A stretch of 64,000 nucleotides of DNA from an uncultured Verrucomicrobiae bacterium (GCA_963813025.1 CAWEXO010000005.1:283840-347839); one strand, 5' to 3'; shown: positions 11,259 through 23,149, counted from the first letter of the stretch. Notes: generated by a model not told the origin, from the letters alone. A program made the numbers and translations.

Positions 11259-12224
11259 ATGATATTTCTCCGTTTGTGTGCGATTGTTGTCGCCGATTGG
11301 CCTTTCCCAGGTGGTATGAAAACGCTCATCATTGCGACGGGCCTTCTTTGTTCTCTTCTCTGGAGAGGCGAGTCCGCTCCACTGATTCGCGCCGGAGGCC
11401 TCGGACGAAGCGGAAGTTTTCGCCCGATGGTGACCCGCGTTCCCAGTCTTCTGACCGAAAGAGTTCGGCAAAGCTTCGGCAGTCCGGCCCGGCCGGGCAT
11501 TCCGACACTCAATGCGCCAAGATCGGATCCGCGATTTGCGGCTTTTCGCCGTCGGGAGCAGTTTAGAGAACGTGGCCGGCCCGAGAGGTTTTTTTCCCGC
11601 GGACGCCGATTCTTCGTTAGCCCGCTTTTTCTGGCGCTTTGCTGGCCGAACTGCTTTTTTCCTCCGGATTGGTTGCCTGACGACAGTGCTTACTCGATCG
11701 ACAACTCGCCCGGAGGTGATTCAGCGGCGTACCAAGTTCCGAACGAGGACCAATCAGAAAGCCAACTTTACGCGACCTTCCTGACTGACCTTGCCCAACG
11801 CGTCGCCACCCTGCGAGCCACAGCCGAAGCTTCTAATGCTGCTCAGCCAGCGACTCGCAGCATGGCCGGAGCATACTTCAGTCCTTCGCAAAATGCTGCT
11901 CCCGCGGCATTCGAAAGTCAGCCGCAACCAACGAAATTCTCGAATGCTTCCTCTGCCCCACCAGCGAAACCGGCGGACGAAGGAATTGCTGCTCAGCAAA
12001 ATCACGGCGTTTTACCAAAACGTATTCTCCTCAGCTGGCTAAGAGACGGTGGAAAAGACGTTGTGGTCGTGCAAGACACGCAAAGCAAGGAGGTGCAAAG
12101 GATCACCACTGAACCCAATCGCAGCAATTTCCGGATCATCAAGGTACGCCCGGATATCGATCCGCAGCTGTCCGAGGTCGTGATCTCCGACGGCACCGAG
12201 CAAGAGACAGTGAAGTTTCCCTGA
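11259..12224 (+). CDS. Hypothetical, probably exported protein
   Basis: Long ORF with signal-like MKTLIIATGLLCSLL and low-complexity middle. Confidence 0.5.
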   Translation: MIFLRLCAIVVADWPFPGGMKTLIIATGLLCSLLWRGESAPLIRAGGLGRSGSFRPMVTRVPSLLTERVRQSFGSPARPGIPTLNAPRSDPRFAAFRRREQFRERGRPERFFSRGRRFFVSPLFLALCWPNCFFPPDWLPDDSAYSIDNSPGGDSAAYQVPNEDQSESQLYATFLTDLAQRVATLRATAEASNAAQPATRSMAGAYFSPSQNAAPAAFESQPQPTKFSNASSAPPAKPADEGIAAQQNHGVLPKRILLSWLRDGGKDVVVVQDTQSKEVQRITTEPNRSNFRIIKVRPDIDPQLSEVVISDGTEQETVKFP

Positions 12225-12266
12225 CAGGCAGGATTTCCGAGCGATGCAGGCTAAAAAGTAAGGAAT

Positions 12267-13073
12267 GTGCATCTCTTCGATCTCAGCGGAGAAGTGGCTG
12301 TCGTCAGCGGCGCGACCGGCGTGCTTGGGGGGGCGATCGCCGAAGCGCTCGCGTCCGCCGGCGCAAAAGTGGCAATCCTCGGCCGTAACGCGGAGCGAGG
12401 CGCCGAACGTGTCGACGCCATTCGGAAACAGGAAGGTATTGCCGGGTTTTTCTCGGCGGACGTCTTGGACCAACACTCCCTGCAGGCCGCGTGCGAGACA
12501 TTGTCGTCCGAGTTAGGCGCCCCCACAATCCTGGTGAACGCGGCAGGAGGCAATGACCCCCGCGTGACCGTGACCCCCGAACATCCCCTTGAGAATATCG
12601 GCTTAATTGATTGGCGGCAGAGTTTCGACCTGAATCTGGTCGGCGGTGCGGTGCTCCCTTGTCAGGTTTTCGGCCCCTTGATGAAAAGCCATCGCAAAGG
12701 CAGCATCATCAACATTGCCAGCGTCGCCGCCCACCTGCCTCTATCGCGGGTCGTCGCATATTCGGCCGCGAAGGCGGCACTCCTCAACTTTACCCAGTTT
12801 CTTGCGCGTGAATGGGCGCCCCACAACGTCCGCGCCAATTCGATCACGCCCGGATTTTTCCCAGGTGAACAAAACCGGCGCTTGCTGTTTGGCGAAAACG
12901 GCGCTCCCACGCCTCGCGGACAGATAATTCTGGGCCATACTCCGATGGCGCGCTTTGGCATCCCAGCCGAACTCGCCGGCGCGGCAATTTTTTTAGCTAG
13001 TGAAAGAGCCAGTGGCTTTGTCACCGGTATCGACCTGCGGGTTGATGGCGGATTTCTCGCTCAAACAATCTAG
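12267..13073 (+). CDS. SDR oxidoreductase, gluconate/mannonate dehydrogenase-like
   Basis: GATGVLG, NAAGGN, YSAAK, PGFFP.EQNR. Confidence 0.88.
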   Translation: MHLFDLSGEVAVVSGATGVLGGAIAEALASAGAKVAILGRNAERGAERVDAIRKQEGIAGFFSADVLDQHSLQAACETLSSELGAPTILVNAAGGNDPRVTVTPEHPLENIGLIDWRQSFDLNLVGGAVLPCQVFGPLMKSHRKGSIINIASVAAHLPLSRVVAYSAAKAALLNFTQFLAREWAPHNVRANSITPGFFPGEQNRRLLFGENGAPTPRGQIILGHTPMARFGIPAELAGAAIFLASERASGFVTGIDLRVDGGFLAQTI

Positions 13074-13196
13074 CCAGCCTGCAGAGTCGGAGCCGGGACT
13101 CAGGACTCGGGGGTCCGGACTCCAAAGGTAGTTTAAACCGCTCAAAAACACTTTGCGCCGTATCGGTCTGGGCAGAGATTGGCCAGACAGGAAAGC

Positions 13197-14482
13197 ATGA
13201 TCTCCCCCGCCATCTCACGGATCAACCGCCACGGTTCCCCTTTAAGCAACGCCGAGGTTTTGGAAGTCATCGCTGAAGCTTGCCCTCTCTCCGAATATCG
13301 AGGGAAAAAAGTGCTCCTGATTGTGCCCGACGCGACGCGCACTTGCCCGCTTGGATTACTCTTCAAGGGAATTTTTGCACGGATCGGCGGCGTCACGGCC
13401 ACGCTTGACGTCATGATCGCATTGGGCACGCACCAGCCGATGAACGAGGAAGCGATCTGTCGCCGTCTGGAAATTTCCGATGAGGAGCGGGCCAAGCTTT
13501 ACGGGGCGGTACGATTCTTCAACCATGAATGGGATAATCCATTGGCTTTGAAGCACATCGGTACGTTTTCTGCACAGGATATTAAAAACCTAACCGGTGG
13601 TCTGTTCGCAATCGAGGTGCCGGTTATGGTCAATCGCCGCCTCTTTGATTACGACCAGATCGTGATCGTTGGACCAGTGTTTCCTCACGAGGTTGTCGGA
13701 TTTTCCGGAGGCAACAAATACCTCTTCCCGGAGTGAGCGGACCCGAGGTTTTGAATTTCTTTCATTGGCTCGGGGCGGTCGTCACCAATCCCATGATCAT
13801 TGGAAACAAGTATACGCCGGTGCGAAACGTCGTTGATCGAGCCGGGTCGATGGTTGCGTTGCCAAAGCTGTGTTTTTGTATGGTGGTGGAGCATGCGCAA
13901 CTCGCCGGACTTTTTGCCGGCTCACCGGAAAACGCCTGGGATCAGGCGAGCGATTTGTCCCGGAAGCTTCACATTACCTACAAAGAGCATCCCTTCCATA
14001 CCGTGCTCTCCTGCGCGCCACCGATGTACGATGAACTCTGGGTCGGAGGTAAGTGCATGTACAAGCTTGAGCCGGTTGTGGCGGACGGCGGCGAACTGAT
14101 CATCTATGCACCGCATATCCACGAGATCTCTCTGACCCACGGAGCTCTCATTCGGCGAATCGGCTACCATTGTCGCGACTATTTTCTCCAGCAGTGGGAC
14201 AAGTACAAAGAGATCTCCTGGGGCGTTCTAGCCCATTCCACCCACGTCCGAGGCATTGGAACTTATCAAAACGGCATCGAGCGCTGTCGAATTCAAGTCA
14301 CCCTGGCGACGGGCATTCCGAGAGAGATCTGCACGCAGATCAATCTTGGTTATCGCGAGCCGGCAACGATTCATCCTCAGGACTTCGCGGGCCGTGAAGA
14401 CGATGGAGTGCTGCTCGTGCCAAAGGCCGGAGAGATGTTGTATCATCTGCGACAGCGGCCCGCCTGGGCGCGTGAGATGTGA
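13197..14482 (+). CDS. LarA (lactate racemase/DUF2088)-family protein, frameshift near 13733
   Basis: PDATRT, ALGTH, PHEVVGFSGGNK then continuation in the next frame. Confidence 0.85.
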
Positions 14483-14505
14483 GGGTATAAGCGCTGTTTG
14501 AGGGT

Positions 14506-15023
14506 GAGCGTAGCGCGCACGGCCTCGTCCGTATCCTCTCTTTCGCCCTATCGGCACAGGACAGCGGGGTACTCTGAGACGATCTCTAGCTCTCGCGTGA
14601 CAATCGCTTAAGGCGTACTACCCTTCCGTGCACTGGTCCATCGCAATCAGTACGGACGAGGCCGGGAGTGTCGGAGTTTGGGGTAATTCGTAGCGCGCCA
14701 TCAAGCGATTGGCGGTAGGGACGAGCTCCAGCTCGTCCGGATCCAGATCGATCCAACACCAAGGAGGTCAAGCGGGAGCTTGACCTACCGACATTGGTGT
14801 TTGCGAGACAATCTCTTTATTCGAGCCGGACGTTGGGATGAGCCACCCACTCCAGACGGCTCAAACAAGTTCTCGCCTGGCGCTCGAATGAATTTTCGCC
14901 CTACCAACACGGAGCCAAGACGCGTTGGACACGTTTCTAAACCTCCCTTCCGAACGGTACCTCGATTGCGCGCCTACAGATTACCCAAAGTCCGACAGAT
15001 CCGAGGCCGGCCGCGCTACGCTC
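14506..15023. repeat. REP/REPIN cluster
   Basis: Outer inverted pair GAGCGTAGCGCG.../...CGCGCTACGCTC; inner GGTAGGG...CCTACC unit at ~14713-14828 related to the copies at 27617 and 27783. Confidence 0.75.
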
Positions 15024-15030
15024 ACGCCGC

Positions 15031-16038
15031 TCAACCCGCTTGCCCGCGGGTTCGCACTTTGTCAAGCAGGACCGCCAGGATGATCACCGCGCCCTTGATG
15101 ACCAACTGCCAATAGAATGAGACGTTCATCAATGTGAGACCATTGTTCAGGACGGCGATGATCAGGGCGCCGATCAGAGTTCCGAACACGGTGCCGATTC
15201 CGCCCGAAAAACTCGTTCCTCCAAGAATGACCGCAGCGATCGCGTCGAGTTCGTAACCGATACCAAGCTGACCTTGGGCGCTATAAAGCCGGCTGGCACT
15301 CATGACCCCAGCCAGACCAGAGAGAAACCCGCTCACCCCGTAAACAAAGATCAACACTAGCGCAACGGGAATCCCGGTCAGACGGGCTGCTTGCGGATTA
15401 CCGCCCACGGCGTAGACATGGACCCCTAAAACGGTGTTGTGCAGAATGAAAGCGCTGGCCGCGATGACGAGTAACGCAATGACGACCAGCCAGGGGATCG
15501 GTCCGACATAGCCGTTGCCGATCCAGGCGAAGCTGATCTTGCTGTTGATTACCGTTGTTCCATTGGCCGCCAGGTAAGCCGCTCCCCGGATCGCGGTATA
15601 GGTACCCAAGGTCACGATAAAAGGCGGCAGCGCGGCGTAGGCCACGGTTGCTCCGGTAGCCGCCCCGATGACGGTGCCAATCAGTAAGGCAACTGGCACG
15701 GCCGCCCAGCTGAAGGCCGGGATGAGAGACACCACCATCGCGATCACCGCCGTCAAAGCCAGGACCGAACCAACCGCCAAATCAATCCCACCGGTCAAAA
15801 TGACAAAAGTCATTCCCGCAGCCAACACGATGTTGATCGATGCCTGCCGAATGACGTTAATCAGGTTGTTCTCGGAAAGGAAATTTGGGGTGAGAAACGC
15901 GAAGAGGATACAAATGACGATCAGCACGGGCAACATGCCCGCGGTCTGGATCAGGGACCTGGTCAATTCCTTGCGCCGGGTGGCCTCCGCGGCCGGTTCG
16001 GGGACCGGGCTGGTCGAAGTGGATTCGGTGATGGCCAT
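15031..16038 (-). CDS. Sugar ABC transporter permease (RbsC-like)
   Basis: GGIDLAVGS, VGGNPQAARLTGI, YELDAIAAVILGG. Confidence 0.93.
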   Translation of the reverse strand: MAITESTSTSPVPEPAAEATRRKELTRSLIQTAGMLPVLIVICILFAFLTPNFLSENNLINVIRQASINIVLAAGMTFVILTGGIDLAVGSVLALTAVIAMVVSLIPAFSWAAVPVALLIGTVIGAATGATVAYAALPPFIVTLGTYTAIRGAAYLAANGTTVINSKISFAWIGNGYVGPIPWLVVIALLVIAASAFILHNTVLGVHVYAVGGNPQAARLTGIPVALVLIFVYGVSGFLSGLAGVMSASRLYSAQGQLGIGYELDAIAAVILGGTSFSGGIGTVFGTLIGALIIAVLNNGLTLMNVSFYWQLVIKGAVIILAVLLDKVRTRGQAG

Positions 16039-16040
16039 AG

Positions 16041-17602
16041 TTAGGGTACTGGGTCAGATCGGCTCTTCGTCACATCCGTTGCGAACTTCATGATATTCTG
16101 TTGGGTAATCTCAACCCCGGTGTCACCCCCGACTTCTCCAGTGATCTCGCCTTCCCGCATAACCAGCACCCGATCACAAACCCCGACGATCTCCGGCAGC
16201 TCGCTGGAGATAAACAGGACGGCCATTCCCTGCTCAACCAGTTTCTTGATCAGGGTGTAGATCTCCGATTTTGCCCCCGATGTCGACGCCGCGGGTTGGC
16301 TCGTCGAGCAAGAGTACTTTCGGATTGATCTCCAGCCAACGCGCCAACAGAAGCTTCTGCTGGTTGCCGCCAGACAGGCCTGCCGGCCGGCGCTTTAAGC
16401 GAGGCGGTGCGCACGCGCAACGCTTTCACCTCCGCACTCGGCTCGCTCCTTGAGCGCTGCCAAAATTGAGGACACCGGCCGCCGCACAATTTGACAAAAT
16501 GTTCATGGTGATATTTTCCCCAGCGGACATCTGGAGGAAACACTCCCTGCAGCTTGCGATCTTCGGGCACGTAGCCGATCCCGGCCCGAATGGCGTCTTC
16601 CGGTCGATTTATCTGGAGTCGCTTGCCCTCGAGGTAGATTTCACCTTTTTTCCGCTTATCAGCACCGAAAATCAGCCGGGCAAGTTCCGTCCGGCCCGCG
16701 CCGACCAGGCCGGCCAAGCCGAGGACTTCACCCTGGCGCAGCTGGAAACTAGCCTCCTTGACCCGTTTGCCGCCGTCGCTGATCCCGCGCACGTCCAGCA
16801 CGGTCCGGCCGCCAACATGCTTTGTGTGCTTGTAAAAATCCTGGACCCGCCGGCCAACCATCATCTCAATAATCTTCTCACCAGAAAACTCGGGGCGCTC
16901 GAGTTCGCCAACGTACTCACCGTCTCGGAAAACGGTGAGTCGATCGGCCAGCTCATAGACTTCGGCCATGCGATGGCTGATGTAGATTATGGCCAGACCT
17001 TCCGAACGCAGCTGGCGCACAACCTGGAACAATCGGTCGGTTTCACGGTCAGAGAGCGCTGCGGTCGGTTCGTCCATAACCAGGACCTTGCTTTTGTAAA
17101 ACAAGGCTCGACCAATCTCCACCTGCTGCTGCTCAGCCACAGCCAGGTGGGCCGCTCGTTGGTTGGCCCGAAACCGCGCGCCGAGCCGATCCAGAACCGC
17201 TTGGGTCCGCCGTTCCATCGCGCCGGTATCTTTGATGAAACCTAAACGCTTGAGTTCGGAACCCAGGAAGACGTTGCCGGCCACCGTCAGGTTGGGGGCA
17301 ACCGTGAGTTCCTGATAAATGATCCCGATCCCGGCAGCGCGCGCCGCATGTGGTGTGTGGAAGTGTACTGGCTGCGCGTTGAGCAGGACCTCGCCGCCAT
17401 CCGGACGGTAGGCGCCCGCCAGAATCTTCATCAAGGTACTTTTACCCGCCCCGTTTTCCCCCATCAGCGCGTGGACCTCCCCGGGAAAGACCCGAAGGTT
17501 CACGCCTTTGAGCGCCCGCACACCGGGAAAGCTCTTGGTCACCCCGCGAACTTCCAGGATCGGCTGACTCTTATTTAGTCCATCCTTTGTACTGACCGAC
17601 AT
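16041..17602 (-). CDS. Sugar ABC transporter ATP-binding protein (RbsA-like), several frameshifts in the 3' third
   Basis: [22 protein letters not shown]-terminal ISSELPE in a separate frame. Confidence 0.88.
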
Positions 17603-18530
17603 TGTCTTTGGTGATCAATTCAACCGGGATCAATGTGAGCGCTTGTTCGGGTTTTTTGCCGTTTATGATGTCATTGCCGATCTCCACCGCCTTCTGAGCC
17701 ATGGAAAACGGGTCCTGGGCCGCGCTGGCCGCAATCAAACTCTTCGGATCTTTCAACGCCGGCACAATGTCGGGCGCGCCGTCGACACCGACGATGAAGA
17801 ATTCCTTGCGTTGCGCCTGCGTAGCAGCTAGGTCGCAACCAATCGCCGTCGGATCGTTGATGGCGAAGACCGCGTCGATTTTCTTGAAGGCCGTCAGCAA
17901 GTCGGTCATAACGCGCAGACCGCCGTCTCGGCTGCCCCCGGCGTTCTGATCTTGAGAGAGAATCTTGATGTCCGGGTATTTTTTAATTTCCTCCAGGAAG
18001 CCAGCGACGCGATCGGTAACGGCCGTCACGGGAGGTCCATTGACAATAACCACCTGACCTTTGCCTTTGATTCGATCGGCCACATATTTTCCATCAAGCT
18101 CGCCGGCTTGCTTGTTGTTCGAGGTGACGGTCGCATCGACTCCACCCTCGGCGCCCACATCCACTGCCACAACGGTAATGCCGGCCTGCTTCGCGCGCAA
18201 AACGGCTGGCGCGATGCCCTTGCTGTCCGCGGCGTTGAGCAGGATCAGACTCACATTGGAAGAAATAAAGTTATCAATCTGATTGGTCTGATTGTTAACG
18301 TCGTAGTTACTCGATAACGCGTTGAATTTGACTTGTGGATTGATTTGCTTGGCCTTGGCTTCAGCGCCATGGGCAATCTGCACAAAAAATGGGTTTCCCA
18401 GATCGCCGACGGTTACGGCAACGGAGTTTAGTTTTTTGCTTTGCGCGATGCCCGGACTACTTGTAGCCGCGGCCAGGCAAAGACCAAAGGCAGCTCGGAA
18501 TCCAATCCGCGAGATAATGGATTTAATCAT
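17571..18530 (-). CDS. Sugar ABC transporter periplasmic binding protein (RbsB-like)
   Basis: Signal peptide, [18 protein letters not shown]. Confidence 0.93.
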   Translation of the reverse strand: MIKSIISRIGFRAAFGLCLAAATSSPGIAQSKKLNSVAVTVGDLGNPFFVQIAHGAEAKAKQINPQVKFNALSSNYDVNNQTNQIDNFISSNVSLILLNAADSKGIAPAVLRAKQAGITVVAVDVGAEGGVDATVTSNNKQAGELDGKYVADRIKGKGQVVIVNGPPVTAVTDRVAGFLEEIKKYPDIKILSQDQNAGGSRDGGLRVMTDLLTAFKKIDAVFAINDPTAIGCDLAATQAQRKEFFIVGVDGAPDIVPALKDPKSLIAASAAQDPFSMAQKAVEIGNDIINGKKPEQALTLIPVELITKDNVGQYKGWTK

Positions 18531-18803
18531 GTTGGGGGATTTCAGCCCCTCATGTTAGAGCACGCGGAGTAAGAGTAAAGCCTCGCCCGCTCGGGCTTAA
18601 CATTTTTTTGCTCGACACGCCGGGTCGCCGATCGGGAGTCGCCGGGCGGCGCGCGATAGGCGCGATAGTTTTCCGGCGCCTGGCTGCCGGATTCAAAGTT
18701 TTTCTGATCGACTCCTCGATGATTTTTCATGATAATCAAGGGTTTCAATGGCCCTCTCGCTTCCCTTGACTCGCCGCCGGGCCACTACTATTCTCGCCGA
18801 TTT

Positions 18804-20006
18804 ATGAAGAAGACGCTGCGGTTTGTTCTCCCGCTGACGGTGATCGCCCTCTTTGCCTTCCCTGCACGCTCTCCGGCCCCGATCATTTATCGCGAAGGCG
18901 AAGGTTTTCTGCCGGGCGAGCTCGAGGACATCGAGATTAAGAAAAACGCCGAAGAACAGTTCAATTTGGCTGAGCGCTACGCCGAGGCTGGAGATTACAA
19001 ACATGCGGGAGCGTCATATCGTCTCGTCGTGCGCCGGTTCCCTCGAGCCGATCTGGCGGCTACCGCCCAATTCAAGTCAGGTGAGATGTATGAGCGCCAA
19101 GGGGATCTCGAACACGCTTTCAGCGAGTTTCAGAGTCTCGTCGAAAAATATCCGCGAAGTCCGGATTTTGAGCGCGCACTCGAGGCGCAGTATGACATCG
19201 GGAAAGCTTATCTTGATGGGAAGCGGGTAAAGTTTTACGGCGTACCGACTTTGCCCTCCATGGAGCGTGCCTCGACCTTGTTTTCCAAGATCGTCCACAA
19301 CGCGCCTTATAGTAAAATTGCTCCTCTCGCCCAGTTCGGGATCGGGCAGGCTTTAGAGAAGGGCGGAGCGATTCAGGCTGCGGTCACGGCTTATCAGCAG
19401 GTGGTCGACCGTTACCCCAACAGCGATGTGGCTGATGATGCGATGTACCAGATCGGCTACGTCTACTTCGAGTCCAGCCGCGCCACGGGTTACGATGAGA
19501 CAGCCGCGGTTCGCGCGCAGGAAGCATTTGAGGATTTTCTCCTGAAATATCCAAACAGCGAAAAGGTCGCCCAGGCGAAGGATAACTTGAAAACACTGCA
19601 GGGCCGGAAGAGCACGAACGCGTACGACATTGCCCGGTTCTATGATAAGCAAAGGAACTTTAAGGCAGCCTACGTCTACTACAACGAAGTACTGGCACAA
19701 CAACCTGACTCTCCGGAAGCGACCCGAGCGAAACACCGCATGGATCAGATCCGGTCGAAGCTCGGAGACGACGCGCTGAGAATCGGGACATCGACTCCCA
19801 GTGTGGCGGCCGCGGGTCAGCAAAAGTTGCAAGCACAAGTGGACACGCCGTCCCGACCCGATTTCGTCGGGCCGCCGGCGCCGACTCCTTCGCCTTCTCC
19901 GAAGGGCGATCAGACCGCGCCCGGGCAGACTGCTCCCGAGCAAAAACCCCTCCGAACTCCGCCTCCAAATGCCGCTCCGGTTGAGCCGGCTCTTCCGGCC
20001 CAGTGA
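18804..20006 (+). CDS. bamD: Outer-membrane assembly factor BamD-like TPR protein
   Basis: Repeated TPR units (YPNS..A..A), AFEDFLLKYPNS, IARFY; context next to lptE. Confidence 0.75.
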   Translation: MKKTLRFVLPLTVIALFAFPARSPAPIIYREGEGFLPGELEDIEIKKNAEEQFNLAERYAEAGDYKHAGASYRLVVRRFPRADLAATAQFKSGEMYERQGDLEHAFSEFQSLVEKYPRSPDFERALEAQYDIGKAYLDGKRVKFYGVPTLPSMERASTLFSKIVHNAPYSKIAPLAQFGIGQALEKGGAIQAAVTAYQQVVDRYPNSDVADDAMYQIGYVYFESSRATGYDETAAVRAQEAFEDFLLKYPNSEKVAQAKDNLKTLQGRKSTNAYDIARFYDKQRNFKAAYVYYNEVLAQQPDSPEATRAKHRMDQIRSKLGDDALRIGTSTPSVAAAGQQKLQAQVDTPSRPDFVGPPAPTPSPSPKGDQTAPGQTAPEQKPLRTPPPNAAPVEPALPAQ

Positions 20007-20018
20007 TCACGGCGACCG

Positions 20019-20525
20019 ATGGGCCAGCTACGCTTTCTGGTATTTGCCGCTTTCGTATTTTCCGGCTGCGCGGGTTACACCGTTGGACCGATCCAGCCGA
20101 CTTTCATGAAGGGCATCCACCGAATCGCCGTTCCGATCTTTGAAAACAGGACGGTGGAGCCGGATATTGACGCCCTGGCGACCACCACTGTGATTAAGCA
20201 GCTCCAGCAGGACGGCACTTACGAAATTGTCGGCCTCGACCAGGCCGACGCGGAACTCAAAGGAGAGATTCTCGACGTGAACCGGGCCAAGGCTCGATCG
20301 GTGGTCGGTAACATTTTGGCGTCAGCAGAGTTCAATTTGGCTGTTAAAATTCGTTTCTCAGTGGTGAATCCGCAAAGCGGTGCCCTGCTTGGCACCCGCG
20401 AGATCCAAGGCGCCAGCCGGTATTTCGTGGGCAACGATGTTCAAACCCAGGAACATCAGGCCATTCCGCTCGCGGTGGAGGATGCCGCCGTTCAGGTCGC
20501 CAGCTTTTTATCGGAAGGATGGTAA
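20019..20525 (+). CDS. lptE: LptE-family lipoprotein
   Basis: Lipobox FSGC followed by AGY; IAVPIFENRT. Confidence 0.75.
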   Translation: MGQLRFLVFAAFVFSGCAGYTVGPIQPTFMKGIHRIAVPIFENRTVEPDIDALATTTVIKQLQQDGTYEIVGLDQADAELKGEILDVNRAKARSVVGNILASAEFNLAVKIRFSVVNPQSGALLGTREIQGASRYFVGNDVQTQEHQAIPLAVEDAAVQVASFLSEGW

Positions 20526-20535
20526 AACACCGCCT

Positions 20536-21246
20536 GTGCTCTTCGTTGTCGGCTCACCGATCGGGAATCTTGGCGATATCACCTTTCGCGCTATCGAAAC
20601 CCTCAGATCCGTCGATCTGATCGCCTGTGAAGATACGAGACATTCGTCGATCTTGTTATCGCGTTATGAGATTCGCAAGCCCCTCGTCTCTTTTCATGAA
20701 CACAACGAAGCCCGGCGGACAGCCGAACTTTTACCAAGGCTGGTTGGCGGCGCCAAAGTTGCTCTTTTGACCGACGCGGGCACCCCGGGGATTTCCGATC
20801 CGGGCTTTCGTCTGGTGTGCGCCTGTCGAGAAGCGAATCTGCCAGTGACCATTCTCCCAGGGCCTTCGGCGGTTCTGACGGCGCTCGTGGGCTCCGGTCT
20901 GGCGAGCTCGGCGTTTTATTTCGGCGGCTTCTTACCGATCAAAAGTGGGCAGCGCCAGCGGGAACTCCAATCAGCGCTCGACCGATCGTGCACGTCCGTA
21001 TATTTTGAATCGCCCAATCGCCTGGTCCGGTCCCTTGGGGTCCTTCAGGAGCTGGCCCCCTTTCGGTTGATTTGCGTCGCTCGCGAGATGACAAAACACT
21101 TCGAGGAGTTCTACCGAGGCACCACGAAGGAAGTACTGCAACGTTTCCAATCGGGGCCGACCCGTGGCGAAATCACCCTGGTGATTGCGCCTGCCGCGAA
21201 AAAGAAGCCACAGCCTGCGTCCCTCACAAATCGAGGGATTTGCTGA
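20536..21246 (+). CDS. rsmI: 16S rRNA (cytidine1402-2'-O)-methyltransferase
   Basis: PIGNLGDITFRA, CEDTR, DAGTPGISDPG, REMTK.FEE. Confidence 0.93.
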   Translation: MLFVVGSPIGNLGDITFRAIETLRSVDLIACEDTRHSSILLSRYEIRKPLVSFHEHNEARRTAELLPRLVGGAKVALLTDAGTPGISDPGFRLVCACREANLPVTILPGPSAVLTALVGSGLASSAFYFGGFLPIKSGQRQRELQSALDRSCTSVYFESPNRLVRSLGVLQELAPFRLICVAREMTKHFEEFYRGTTKEVLQRFQSGPTRGEITLVIAPAAKKKPQPASLTNRGIC

Positions 21247-21266
21247 GCTCGGCCGGCTTATACCCT

Positions 21267-22442
21267 GTGTCGACTAGTTTTCTTAGCCGAATCGAGTGCT
21301 CAGCCTGTAAGCGCAGCTATCCGATTGACCGCCTGATCAACACCTGCCCGGCCTGCGACAGGCCGCTCTGTTGCCGGTATGATCTGAAGGCAATCCAAGA
21401 GAAAGTCTCCCGGAATATCTTCCGTCACCGAGAGGCCAGCCTCTGGCGTTACCGCGAGCTGTTGCCATTGCCGTTCGCCAGTGAACCAGTGTCGCTTGGC
21501 GAAGGTTGGACACCTCTGCTTCCCGCGGCGCGTCTCGGAAAGCTGCTTGGTCTCACCCGTCTCTGGATCAAAGACGAATCGCAAAATCCTACCGGCAGTT
21601 TCAAGGCTCGCGGGATGGCGGTAGCGGTAAGCATGGCGCGCCAGCTCGGTGCTCGAAAGCTGGTTGCACCATCCGCCGGCAACGCCGGAGGGGCCCTGGC
21701 CGCCTACGCCGCTTGCGCAGGGCTGGACGCCTATTTGTTCATGCCTGACGACACACCGCGGGCAAACGTTGTCGAAAGCGAGACGGCCGGAGCGCATGTG
21801 ACTTTGATCCACGGGCTGATTACCGATTGCGGGGCTGAGATCCTTCGTCAGAACCGAACCGATTGGTTTGATCTGTCGACTTTGAAGGAACCTTACCGCT
21901 TAGAAGGCAAGAAGACGCTCGGATATGAGCTGGCCGAACAACTGGGCTGGCGCTTGCCGGATGTCATTGTTTATCCGACCGGAGGCGGCACTGGGCTCAT
22001 TGGGATGTGGAAGGCTTTCGCTGAGTTGGAAGATCTCGGCTGGATCAGCAGCCAACGGCCCCGCATGGTCGCAGTCCAGGCAACCGGGTGCCAACCGATT
22101 GTTCGGGCCTTCAACGCGAGCAAGCGCTTTGCGGAAGAGCATCGCCAGGCTTCGACCGTCGCGTCTGGATTGCGGGTCCCCAAAGCAATTGGTGATTTTT
22201 TGATTCTTGACGCAGTGCGAGCGTCGGGCGGAATCGCGATCGCTGTCGAGGACGTTGCGATGATGCGCGCTTCCCGTTTGCTTGGACAAACCGAGGGTTT
22301 ATTCGTCGCGCCGGAAACCGGAGCCTGCGTCGCCGCCTTAGAAACGTTGACGAAAACCGGATTCCTCCGAGAGACGGACGAGGTAGTCGTCTTCAACACC
22401 GGGACAGGCATGAAGTATCTGGAAGCGTTCGCGCGCATTTAA
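21267..22442 (+). CDS. thrC: Threonine synthase (PLP fold II)
   Basis: SLGEGWTP, NPTGSFKARG, SAGNAG, PTGGG. Confidence 0.85.
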   Translation: MSTSFLSRIECSACKRSYPIDRLINTCPACDRPLCCRYDLKAIQEKVSRNIFRHREASLWRYRELLPLPFASEPVSLGEGWTPLLPAARLGKLLGLTRLWIKDESQNPTGSFKARGMAVAVSMARQLGARKLVAPSAGNAGGALAAYAACAGLDAYLFMPDDTPRANVVESETAGAHVTLIHGLITDCGAEILRQNRTDWFDLSTLKEPYRLEGKKTLGYELAEQLGWRLPDVIVYPTGGGTGLIGMWKAFAELEDLGWISSQRPRMVAVQATGCQPIVRAFNASKRFAEEHRQASTVASGLRVPKAIGDFLILDAVRASGGIAIAVEDVAMMRASRLLGQTEGLFVAPETGACVAALETLTKTGFLRETDEVVVFNTGTGMKYLEAFARI

Positions 22443-22521
22443 GAGTCTTCAGAAAAGCAGCCGAACTTTTCGGCGTAGGCGAAGAATTCCGGTGCCACAG
22501 CCTGCATCGCGCGCAGATCCC

Positions 22522-22995
22522 CTAAGGATTTGCGCGTGATGCAGGCTCCTGTTTGGAGACGGTTGCCTGAACTTGAATCTGGCGATTCCCAGGTTCGATC
22601 ATCAGCGTTAACGGCACCGACTCACCAGGTTTCAGCTCTCTTTTCAGACCCATGATCATGAGGTGATTACCACCGGGCGCCAAAACCAGGGCTCCGCCGG
22701 CCGGCACCTCCAAAGCCGAGGTGTTCTCCATCCCCATCATGGCATGGCTGCCAGCTCCTTTGGCGGTAGTCACCATCGGATGCACCATCGCTGCGACCGG
22801 TGTACTCGCTCCCACCAGACGGAGTGGGGTTTTACCCGAGTTAGTCAGCGTCATAAAGGCGGCCGTATCCGAAACTGTCGGAGGCACCGCCTGAATCCAT
22901 ATCCGGTGGATTGCCAATGGCGTCTCCTGCCCGGACAGAGCAGCCGAAAGCGCTAAGACAAGCACCGCCAAGCAAGAGACAACGCGCTTATTCAT
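22522..22995 (-). CDS. Copper chaperone PCu(A)C
   Basis: Signal peptide; H..M..., PGGNHLMIMGL, LKPGESVPLTL. Confidence 0.88.
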   Translation of the reverse strand: MNKRVVSCLAVLVLALSAALSGQETPLAIHRIWIQAVPPTVSDTAAFMTLTNSGKTPLRLVGASTPVAAMVHPMVTTAKGAGSHAMMGMENTSALEVPAGGALVLAPGGNHLMIMGLKRELKPGESVPLTLMIEPGNRQIQVQATVSKQEPASRANP

Positions 22996-23149
22996 GACAT
23001 CATAGGTCCTATGGCTCCGAGGGACCGATATGCCGGTGTCGCCGCGAAAAAAGTGGCGCAGGCTTCCCGGCCTTCTCCTCCGTTGTCTCGCCCTCATAAG
23101 GCATAAGCAGAAGAGCGCATTTTGCAACGTGTTCCAACTGGCCTGTTGC

